A DNA stretch of 64,000 bases from an uncultured bacterium (GTDB lineage: Bacteria; Planctomycetota; UBA1135; GCA-002686595): NCBI GenBank assembly GCA_943787795.1, contig CALSNU010000004.1, positions 731,345 to 795,344 of the forward strand. The letters run 5' to 3'. Numbering within the stretch: the stretch's first letter is position 1; every line of letters begins with the position of its first letter. Positions 38,532 to 46,724 of this stretch are shown here, in pieces. The notes beneath the pieces were generated by a model that was not told where the DNA came from, made no database searches, and worked only from the letters and a program-made list of their open reading frames with translations. Made by a program: the position numbers and the translations under genes.

Positions 38532-39971
38532 TCAGCCGTTGTTCTCGGTCTCGTCGTCGTCCTCGGGATCGTCGCCGTCACCCGGCCAATCCTCCTCGCC
38601 AGAGGTATCAGAGGCCGTGCCGGGGGGACGCGTACCGTCGAAGAGCTGCTTGACGCGGACGTCCTTGCTCCGGTCGTAGACGTGAGCTCCGTCGAGGATG
38701 ACGTGCTCCACGACCGAGGTGATGTCGAGCGGGTCACCGCTGAAGAGCACGACGTGTCCGTCGGTCCCCTTCGCGATCTTGCCGACGCGATCGCCGAGGC
38801 CGAGCATCTCGGCCGGCGCCGTCGTCACGGCGGCGAGGGCATCCGCGCGCGGGATGCCGTTGGCGACGCAGCGGGCCGCCTGGTACCAGAGGGAGCGGTT
38901 GGCGTCTCCCGTGGACATCAGAGCGAAGGGGATGCCCGCGTCGTGGAACACCTTGGGGACGAAGGTCTCGATGGACTCACCGGTGACCGGGTCCAGCTCT
39001 TCGTCCTCGAGCCCCGCCAGGATCACGCTGCAGCCCGACGCCTTGATCTTGGCCGCTGCCTTCCAGCATGCAGGCGCGAGGGCCAAGGTCATGGTCGCGG
39101 TGAAGCCGTTGGCCTCGGCGACGCGGAGGGCGGCATGCACGTCCATGGGCGTGGCGCACCACATGATCACGGGGAGCTTGCCCTCGATGATCCGCAGCAG
39201 CGGCTCACGCTTCTCGTCGACCTCGCCGCGCGGGACGCGCTCGAAGCCGTCAATGGTCCAACCGGAGCACGCGAGGGGCTTGCCCTTCGCGGCCTCACCC
39301 TCGAGCTCACGCCCCTGGTAGAGGGCCTCTCGGCGATCGAAGTCATCGCCGTCCTTCTGCCTCTGGACCATCTCCTCGAGATAGCGACGGAGGTCGTCGA
39401 AGGCGCCCCGCAGCGCCTGAGCCTGGGTCGCCCGGGTCTTGCCCCGCTTGGGAGCGGCGGAGATCTTCACGCCCGACCGCGGCCGCACCATCATCTGCTC
39501 GACGGTCATCCCGAAGGGCTTCACCACCATGCCCTGACCGGCGACGACGGTGTCGTTGCCCTGCTGGACGTTGATGGTCAGGATGCCCTGCCGGAGAGCC
39601 TCCTCGAAGTAGAAGTTGACCGGGTCGATCGAGTCCTTCACATCGAGGAAGGGCGCCACGTCCAGGGTCTCGTTCGGACGATCGATGCCGCGAGCGGCGT
39701 GCGCCTCCACGAAGCCCGGGAAGGCGACCATGCCCGGCTGATCGATCACGGTCGCGTCCCAGGGGATCTGGACCTCGCTCGCGGCGCCGACGGCGGTCAC
39801 GCGGCCGCCCTCGATGACGATCACGCCGTCGGGGATGGCCTCACCGGTGAGGGTGATGACGGTCCCGGCCTTGACGGCGGTCTTGTCGACCTGGGGAGCA
39901 GCGGCGGCGGAGGACGCCAGGAGGAGCGTCGCCCCGAGCGCCAGGAGAGGTTGGGAGAGAGAAGACTTCAT
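38532..39971 (-). CDS. Secreted amidohydrolase-fold protein, partly degenerate (array gene 4)
   Basis: PGFVEAHAAR (single His); later His ligands absent; GKIAKGTDGHVVLFSGDP. Confidence 0.87.
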   Translation of the reverse strand: MKSSLSQPLLALGATLLLASSAAAAPQVDKTAVKAGTVITLTGEAIPDGVIVIEGGRVTAVGAASEVQIPWDATVIDQPGMVAFPGFVEAHAARGIDRPNETLDVAPFLDVKDSIDPVNFYFEEALRQGILTINVQQGNDTVVAGQGMVVKPFGMTVEQMMVRPRSGVKISAAPKRGKTRATQAQALRGAFDDLRRYLEEMVQRQKDGDDFDRREALYQGRELEGEAAKGKPLACSGWTIDGFERVPRGEVDEKREPLLRIIEGKLPVIMWCATPMDVHAALRVAEANGFTATMTLALAPACWKAAAKIKASGCSVILAGLEDEELDPVTGESIETFVPKVFHDAGIPFALMSTGDANRSLWYQAARCVANGIPRADALAAVTTAPAEMLGLGDRVGKIAKGTDGHVVLFSGDPLDITSVVEHVILDGAHVYDRSKDVRVKQLFDGTRPPGTASDTSGEEDWPGDGDDPEDDDETENNG

Positions 39972-40042
39972 CGTGATGAGGGGGTGGTCCGAAGGTCGGG
40001 CCGGTGGGTCGTGTTCGGTTCGGGATCGCGCCGCGGGCGCGG

Positions 40043-41227
40043 TCAGCGGGGATCGAGGGCGAGGTGGCCGCTGACGAGGACGCCAACGGGTCGGGTGGTC
40101 GCCTCGAAGGGCTCACCGTTCCAGAGGATGAGGTCGGCGTCCTTGCCGGCCTCCACAGAGCCCACGCGGCCGTCAACGCCGAGCAGCTGGGCGGGGGTGA
40201 GAGTCACGGCGCGAAGCGCCTCCTCCCGAGTCAGGCCGCCGCGCATGGCGAGGCCGGCCTGCAGATCGAGCCGCGAGCCACCGTGACCGGAGAGCGCGAA
40301 CGAGACGCCGTTATCGCGGAGCACGCTCGCGCACTCCACGGACATGAGGGCACCGTCGGTGGTGCGCCCCTGGGCGGGGACCGGCGGGAGGATCACGGCG
40401 GTGTTGCTGCGCACGAGCATGGCCGGCTCGCGCCAGGCCTCCGCGCCCGCATCGATCACGAGGCGCATCTCACCGAAGCCCTCGCGCGCCATCTCCTCCT
40501 TGAGGAAAACGGCGGTCCGGATGTCCTGGGTCGCCCAGGCCTGGACGAAGACGCCCACCTTGCCGGCGAGCGCGTCGAGGAGCACCTTCTGAGACGCGTC
40601 CGGCTCCTTCGCCTGGGCAGCCTCGAAGAGCGACTTTCTCCACTCCCACTCCACACCCATGCGGGTCGTTGGGCGACGGTTGAAGAAGGAGGTCGGTCGG
40701 CCGAACGCCGAGCTGTTGCGCTGGCTCGGCTGGGAGCCGATGGCGCCGCAGATCATCGGCGCCCCTTCGACCGTACGCCCCTTCACGGAGCGGTCCCCGG
40801 CGGTCTTGAGCACCGTGCCCATGCCGCCGATGCAGTTCTGGTTGAGGGGCGTGATGAAGGCGCTCGTGACGCCCTTGCGCGCCAGGCGACCCCAGCCCGG
40901 GGAGAAGAGATCGACGCCGAACTCGGCGCTGACGAGCGGCGTGACCTCACTGGACTGTTCGACGGAGGTCGTCCCTGAGTTGAGGCGGGCGCTCGCGTCG
41001 ATCATTCCGGCCGTGACGACCGCGGCCTTGAGGGCATCGCGGGTCGCCTCGACGCCGGGCGTGATCGCGCGGATCTTCCCGCCTTCAACGACGATGAGGG
41101 CGCTCTCGTGAACCTTGCCGGTCGAGGTGTAGACCTTGTCGGCATGGATCGTCCAGCTCGTACCGTCGGCCGGCACGCTGGATCCCGAGGCCGCGACTGC
41201 GGCGGAGAGAATCAGGCTTGTGAGCAT
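40043..41227 (-). CDS. Secreted amidohydrolase-fold protein, HxH lost (array gene 3)
   Basis: AGMIDASARL; GSVEAGKDADLILWNGEP; TGATG overlap. Confidence 0.87.
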   Translation of the reverse strand: MLTSLILSAAVAASGSSVPADGTSWTIHADKVYTSTGKVHESALIVVEGGKIRAITPGVEATRDALKAAVVTAGMIDASARLNSGTTSVEQSSEVTPLVSAEFGVDLFSPGWGRLARKGVTSAFITPLNQNCIGGMGTVLKTAGDRSVKGRTVEGAPMICGAIGSQPSQRNSSAFGRPTSFFNRRPTTRMGVEWEWRKSLFEAAQAKEPDASQKVLLDALAGKVGVFVQAWATQDIRTAVFLKEEMAREGFGEMRLVIDAGAEAWREPAMLVRSNTAVILPPVPAQGRTTDGALMSVECASVLRDNGVSFALSGHGGSRLDLQAGLAMRGGLTREEALRAVTLTPAQLLGVDGRVGSVEAGKDADLILWNGEPFEATTRPVGVLVSGHLALDPR

Positions 41228-42333
41228 CACTGGTGGGCTCCGTGGGCGTGGGCTGAGTGGACGAGGTGGCCGCCCGCGTAGACGGAGTGAACTCGGCTTG
41301 TGAGGTCGGTGGGAGGACCGCTCCAGACCACGAGGTCCGCGGCCCGTCCGGTGGCGATGGTTCCGTGGGTCGCGTCAACGCCTGCGATCCGCGCGGCGTC
41401 AGCGGTCATGGCGCGCAGCGCGGCGCCGGCCTCCAGGCCTGCCCGCATGCACGCCGCGGCCTGCATCCGCATACCAAGGGGGCCCTGGCTGCCCGCGTCG
41501 GAGGTGAAGGCGAAGGGCACCTCGGCCTTTGACAGAGCCAGCGCACTCTTCACCACGTCCTTCGAGCTCGCCGGGGCGGCCTTGCTCTCGAACACGACGC
41601 CGAGGCCCGAGGCCTTGATCTCGTCCACGAGGTCGTCCGCCTCGGGCGCGCCCAGAACGGCACCCTTGAGGCCGTGCGCGGCCGCGAAGTCGAGGGCGCG
41701 GGAGACCTCCGAGCGGGTGACCGCGCGCATCATCACGGGGACCTTGCCCGCCTTGGCGTCGGCCAGGGGGCTCCCCTCGGGAGCGGTGTCGAACTGCTCG
41801 CCGAGGTGAGCGTAGAGGCCAGCGAAGCTCGTGGGTGCTGTCGAGGAGCCGAGCGCAGAGCGCGAGAGCCCGAGGGTCACCACGGCGTTCCGCTTCAGCA
41901 CCTCGCCCGCCGCGGGGGAGACGATGGCGGCTTGACCGCCGGCGATCTGCGAGCTGCCGGCCGGGAGGAGGACCGTCGTGACGCCCTCAGCGACCAGACC
42001 CTTCCAGCTGGGGCTGGTGGGGTCGAAGGCGAAGGACAGGTCCGCGGTTGGCGTCGACTTGCGCGTCCGCTCCGAGTTCTCCGAGCCTGCGCCGAGGGTC
42101 TCCCGCAGGCTGATGAACCCAGGGGCGATGTGCCCGTCGACTTCGACCACGCGGACCCCGCGCGGAGCGTTATTCGAGACGCTCTTCACGACGCCGTCCT
42201 CGACGACAACGAAGGCATCCAGGACGACCTGTCCGTCCCCGACGTGCACATGGCTCGCGCGGAGGGCGAAGGCGTCGTCCGCGGCCGTGGCGCCCAGGAG
42301 CGGCGCGGCGGCGATGAGGCAAGAAATCAGCAT
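41227..42333 (-). CDS. Secreted amidohydrolase-fold protein, HxH lost (array gene 2)
   Basis: PGFISLRET; GTIATGRAADLVVWSGPP. Confidence 0.87.
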   Translation of the reverse strand: MLISCLIAAAPLLGATAADDAFALRASHVHVGDGQVVLDAFVVVEDGVVKSVSNNAPRGVRVVEVDGHIAPGFISLRETLGAGSENSERTRKSTPTADLSFAFDPTSPSWKGLVAEGVTTVLLPAGSSQIAGGQAAIVSPAAGEVLKRNAVVTLGLSRSALGSSTAPTSFAGLYAHLGEQFDTAPEGSPLADAKAGKVPVMMRAVTRSEVSRALDFAAAHGLKGAVLGAPEADDLVDEIKASGLGVVFESKAAPASSKDVVKSALALSKAEVPFAFTSDAGSQGPLGMRMQAAACMRAGLEAGAALRAMTADAARIAGVDATHGTIATGRAADLVVWSGPPTDLTSRVHSVYAGGHLVHSAHAHGAHQ

Positions 42334-42356
42334 GTTGATGGCTCCGGCTGCGGCAA

Positions 42357-43754
42357 TCAGTTGCCCGCCTGGTGGACGACCTTGCCGCCCGAGATGGACG
42401 CGAGGACGCGTGTTGAACTGGACAGCGGGTCCCCGCTGAGAACGAGCAGGTCGGCGTGCAAGCCACGCCGGACGGAACCGACCTTCGACTGGAGGTCGAA
42501 GACGCGGGCGGGGCCCGCGGTGATCGCGTGGAACGCAGCGTCTTCGTCGAGGCCGTGCCCGACCGCCGCGGCGGCGAGCAGCGGGAGGTCGCGGGAGGCG
42601 CTCGCGGAGGTGGCGCCCGATCCGATCAGCACCTCCACACCGCGCGCGGAGAGCTCACCGGCGAGGGCGAAGCCCGGGTCCATCTCACCGACGTCGCCGC
42701 CGGGCGAGCTAGGGGCGGGCGTGACGATCACGGGGATGCCCCTCTCCGCCAACTCGTCGGCGAACAGCAGGGCGCAGCGGCCCCCCGCGATGACCATCCG
42801 CATGCGAGTGAACGGGCGCGTGACGCGGAGGAGTTCGCGCAGCTCGAGGGCCTGCTCCACATGGATGACCATGGGCACCTCGCCGCCGACGGCGCGGGCC
42901 AGCGAGGCCTTCTTGGCGTCGAACTTGGGCGGACGGGGCCGCTTGTCCTCCTTGTACTTCTTCTCCTTGACCTCTTCGCCGTCTTCCTTGGCCTCCTTGA
43001 CCTTCTTGTCGCGGGCCTTCTTGGCCTTCTTGAAGTCCTCGGTGAGCTCGGTCTCCTTCTTGGCGATCTCCTCCTCCCAGGTCTTCAGGTTGCTCTCGAA
43101 GGCGGCCGTGTCGTCGGCGTACTTCTTCGCCCCGCCCAGCGCGCTGGCAAGCCGATCGACCTGACCTACGCGAGAGACAGGGTCGAGCCCCGGGGTGTTG
43201 AGGCGGGCGGAGATGGCGGCGTCCGCGAGGACCGGCGTCGCGCCGTCGGCCCGGATGACGGCGCCGACGCCAGAGACCGAGGCCGCGCTGCCGATCTCGA
43301 CGCGCATCATCAGGACGCCGGACGCCAGCAGGTCGTCGAGCACCTCATCTTGGCCGTAGGGATCGAGGGCGTCCGTGGCCCGGCTCGCGGTGTCCACGCG
43401 ATCCGAGCGAGCGGATGAGGCGTCGACACCAGCCACCGACCACGGATCGATGAACGCGGCGCAGATGACCTCGCCTTCGATGGTCTGCGCGCCCTCGGGC
43501 GCCGCGAGGTCCTTGCCCATGGCGACGATGCGGCCATCGCGGACGAGCAGGCCCATGTTGTCCAGGGACTTGCCCGGACTCACGATGACCTTGTTGGCGC
43601 GCAGGAACAGGTCCGGGGACGCAGCCGGATCGGGTTCATCCTGGGCTGCCAGGGAAGCTGCCGAGAGCGCCGCGCCGGCGGTGAGCGCAATGCCGAGGGT
43701 GCGAAGCTTCCGCAGCGGGGAGCGGCGGTCGGAGCGCGAGGGGTAGGAACGCAT
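42357..43754 (-). CDS. Secreted amidohydrolase-fold protein, HxH lost (array gene 1)
   Basis: ATG 43754; AFIDPWSV; GSVRRGLHADLLVLSGDP; Lys/Glu-rich insertion. Confidence 0.87.
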   Translation of the reverse strand: MRSYPSRSDRRSPLRKLRTLGIALTAGAALSAASLAAQDEPDPAASPDLFLRANKVIVSPGKSLDNMGLLVRDGRIVAMGKDLAAPEGAQTIEGEVICAAFIDPWSVAGVDASSARSDRVDTASRATDALDPYGQDEVLDDLLASGVLMMRVEIGSAASVSGVGAVIRADGATPVLADAAISARLNTPGLDPVSRVGQVDRLASALGGAKKYADDTAAFESNLKTWEEEIAKKETELTEDFKKAKKARDKKVKEAKEDGEEVKEKKYKEDKRPRPPKFDAKKASLARAVGGEVPMVIHVEQALELRELLRVTRPFTRMRMVIAGGRCALLFADELAERGIPVIVTPAPSSPGGDVGEMDPGFALAGELSARGVEVLIGSGATSASASRDLPLLAAAAVGHGLDEDAAFHAITAGPARVFDLQSKVGSVRRGLHADLLVLSGDPLSSSTRVLASISGGKVVHQAGN

Positions 43755-44111
43755 GTGCTGGGTGTACGAGGGTCCTTGAGGACGTCGGAGGGAGAGAGGC
43801 CCCGACGGCATGGGCGCGCAACGCAGGAGTCCTCGGATGAGAACTCGAGAGTCCGGCGCCGCCTCATTCGATCGAGTCTTCGTCATCCTAGGCAGCGCGG
43901 GCTCTCCAGACCAGAAGTGCCGTTGCCGCTTAGTGGAGGGGCGGGAAAGACTTACGGGCTGGAGACTCCCTGCTGTTTTCGTCCCGAATCGAGGCGGTGG
44001 AGTCCCCCCCACGACGCCAGGGACCGCTCCCCGAGCCGAGCCGAGGCCCCAGGCTCCAAAGTTGGTCGATTCGTCGTTCGACGCGCGGGCAAACCGCGCT
44101 CTCCCCGCGCG

Positions 44112-44708
44112 ATGAGCCCTGCCAAGTCCCTTCACCCGCTGCTCCTGGAGCCCTCATACTGGAAAGGGCGGGCGCAGGCCCTCGAGGCGCACCGTGGAGG
44201 CGTGATCTGGACCCCGAGGCCTGACCTCGAGGCGCCCGGGATCCGCGTCCTGGAGTTCAGGTTGAGGTCGCTGGACGGGGTCCATCTCCGGGGCCTTTTC
44301 TCTCGATCTACATGGCGATCCGGGAACTCAAGAGCTGTTCTTCGCACCGTAGGGCCGGCTTCAAGACTCGAGGTTCGCGAGGACGAGGTCCGGGGCGGCA
44401 CGGCCGAGTTTGTCCTTCAGGAGCCCGCAGGACGCCCCCTCGCCGACCGCGTCCTCGACGTGGTGCTCCTGAGCCAGGTGGCGGCCGAGATGGACGGGAT
44501 TGGGCAGGTCGAGGTCGATCGATGGCGGAAGCAGGTACGCCTGGAAGATCGAGACCACCCGGACAATCAGGGCCCGGAGGGCCGTAGGAAGACCGGGGAC
44601 CAGCGAGGCTGCGAGGTCCATCAGTGGGAGTCCGACGCGGCCGCCATCGCCCAGCAGCTCCTCATTCATCGGATCGTCGCGCCCTCGGCGGACGATCCGA
44701 GTCTCTAG
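44112..44708 (+). CDS. Hypothetical protein
   Basis: ATG 44112; 'FRLRSLDGVHLRGLF' loosely resembles an esterase N-terminal strand; no catalytic motif seen. Confidence 0.5.
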   Translation: MSPAKSLHPLLLEPSYWKGRAQALEAHRGGVIWTPRPDLEAPGIRVLEFRLRSLDGVHLRGLFSRSTWRSGNSRAVLRTVGPASRLEVREDEVRGGTAEFVLQEPAGRPLADRVLDVVLLSQVAAEMDGIGQVEVDRWRKQVRLEDRDHPDNQGPEGRRKTGDQRGCEVHQWESDAAAIAQQLLIHRIVAPSADDPSL

Positions 44709-44738
44709 GTCGGCCCAATCAGCGGAGAGGCTGCGGGG

Positions 44739-45653
44739 TCAGTACCCGGAGCCTGCTGCGGCTGGGGCTCCCTGGGCGATCGCGACCGAGGCGGAGGCCC
44801 CGATCCGCGTGGCGCCAGCCTCGAGCATCGCCCGCGCCGCAGCCGCGTCCCTGACGCCGCCCGAGGCCTTGACGCCGACCACGGGGCCAACGGCACGCCG
44901 CATCAGGGAGACATCCTCGACGGTCGCCCCGCCGCTGCTGAAGCCAGTGGACGTCTTGACGAAGTCGGCGCCTGCAGCCTTGCAGAGCTCACTCGCCCGC
45001 ACGATCTCGTCCTTGGTGAGCAAGCAGGTCTCCAGGATGACCTTCAGGCGCGCCCCGAGCCCATGGCAGGTGGCGGCCACCGCCGCCACGTCCGAGCGGA
45101 CGGCCTCGAGGAGCCCCGACTTCATCGCGCCGACGTTGAGGACCATGTCCACCTCACAGGCCCCGTCCTCGATGGCACGACGAGCCTCGTAGCTCTTCAC
45201 CTCCGTGAGCGCTGCCCCGAGGGGGAAGCCCACGACCGTGCACACGAGTACGCCAGAGCCGTCCAGGATCTCCGCGCAGCGGCGGACCCAGGTCGAGTTG
45301 ACGCAGACCGAGGCGAAGCGGTTGTCGATGGCCTCCGCGCAAAGCTGGTCGACCTCCGCCTGGGTGGCGTCCGGCTTGAGCAGGGTGTGATCGATGGAGC
45401 TTGCAATGTCGCCGAGGCGTGACGGGTCCGGGCAGCGGGCGCTCCCGTCCCCGGGCGCGACGGAAGAGCAGACCCCGAGCCGGCATGCGCCCGCGGCCAC
45501 CAGCGGACGCGCAGCCGCCGCGAGGTCCACCTGGAGCGAGAACGAGGAACCGGCGCCATGGAGGCGCTCGCCGGAGAGCAACCGCGCGCCGATCTCCGCG
45601 AGGAGATCCTCGAGGGCCGTGGGGTCCAGGCCGTTCTGAGTGGGTTCAATCAT
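44739..45653 (-). CDS. deoC: Deoxyribose-phosphate aldolase with N-terminal extension
   Basis: [49 protein letters not shown]. Confidence 0.96.
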   Translation of the reverse strand: MIEPTQNGLDPTALEDLLAEIGARLLSGERLHGAGSSFSLQVDLAAAARPLVAAGACRLGVCSSVAPGDGSARCPDPSRLGDIASSIDHTLLKPDATQAEVDQLCAEAIDNRFASVCVNSTWVRRCAEILDGSGVLVCTVVGFPLGAALTEVKSYEARRAIEDGACEVDMVLNVGAMKSGLLEAVRSDVAAVAATCHGLGARLKVILETCLLTKDEIVRASELCKAAGADFVKTSTGFSSGGATVEDVSLMRRAVGPVVGVKASGGVRDAAAARAMLEAGATRIGASASVAIAQGAPAAAGSGY

Positions 45654-45665
45654 CGAAACACGGGG

Positions 45666-46585
45666 TCATCCTCGCCCCTCTTCGAAGGTCCGAGCCAGCT
45701 GGCGAGCCCGCAAATGAGCGGCCTCCACCTCAAGCGTCTTGTGGTTCCGCCGGGCGTGCCGCCCCTCGCCCACCGGGGTGGAGAGGAAGGCCGCCAGCAC
45801 GTCGCGCGCCCCAGAGAGGTCGAGATGCCCTGACCCCAGGGTGAGCACGTTGGCGTGGTTGTGCTCCCTCGCATTGCGCGCCGAAGCTGCGTTCCAGCAG
45901 TTCGCGGCGAGCACCCCGGGGACCTTGTTGGCAACCATCGCAGAGCCGATCCCTGCCCCGTCGACGATGATGCCCAGGTGCACCCGTCCCTCGGAGACCT
46001 CGCGCGCCACCAGGCTCGCGAAGTCCGGGTAGTCGACCGAGACCTCCGCGGTGTCGGGGCCGAGGTCCACGGGCCGCTCCCCCATCTCCCTGAGGAGCGG
46101 GATGAGCTGGGACTTCAGCTCGAAGCCGCCATGATCGCTGGCCACCGCGATACGAGCGGGTTGGCGTCCGACGCTGGCCACCGGCGCGAGGGGCTCCGCA
46201 GAGCGCCCTGTCACGAACGTGATGCCCTTCTGAAAAGCAAGGTCCCTCGCCATGGGCGTGACGCGCGCGCGGGGCGGAATCACGAGCTCTGAGCCCTCTG
46301 CGGCTGCCCGTACGAGTCCCTCGCCCACCAGCTCGCGCTCCGCCGACTCTCCAGGCGCGGGGATCGAGGCCCCAGGCCCTGAACGCCCCATGGACTCCAG
46401 CGCGACGGCCCCCGGTAGCGCAGCAGGCATCTGCCCCTGTTCGATGGACCCCTGTCTATGGACCCCTGATTCATCGGCACCTGACTCATGGGCGCCTGCT
46501 TCATGGCACGACGCGCGGCGCGGCGCGCGATGGCTCGCACCGACTGGCGCGGGTCGTTTCCGGCGGGTCCCTCGGGGCTGGACAT
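45666..46585 (-). CDS. rpiB: Ribose-5-phosphate isomerase B with N-terminal extension; apparent 1-bp frameshift at 46454/46455
   Basis: ASDHGGFELK, DYPDFA, DGAGIGSAMVANKVPG, AREHNHANVL, GRHARR; the probable ATG 46585 is out of frame by 1 nt (in-frame alternative ATG 46430). Confidence 0.85.
46425..46498. repeat. Five ~15-bp tandem units (CAGGxxxxxATxxxx on minus strand) in the rpiB linker; the middle unit is 14 bp
   Basis: Units 46484-98, 46469-83, 46455-68 (14 nt), 46440-54, 46425-39. Confidence 0.8.
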
Positions 46586-46724
46586 AGGGCGCCAAGTGTA
46601 GTGCGGCCGCTGGAGAACGTGCGGACCGTCCCGCCAGCCTTTGGATTCCTCATCTCCACGCCTATAGTGGGGATCGAAGGGGTACGCACGCCCCCTCCTC
46701 ATCGCACCCCAACAGGACGCCGCC

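Noticed and set aside
27573..43754. Labelling the array genes hutI (imidazolonepropionase) or treating the array as an assembly duplication
   Set aside because: Proteins are secreted, highly divergent from each other and have no hut context
43755..44111. Riboswitch or ncRNA in the leader of the amidohydrolase operon
   Set aside because: Only short inverted repeats (GACTCC/GGAGTC); no recognisable family motif; an Rfam search would be needed
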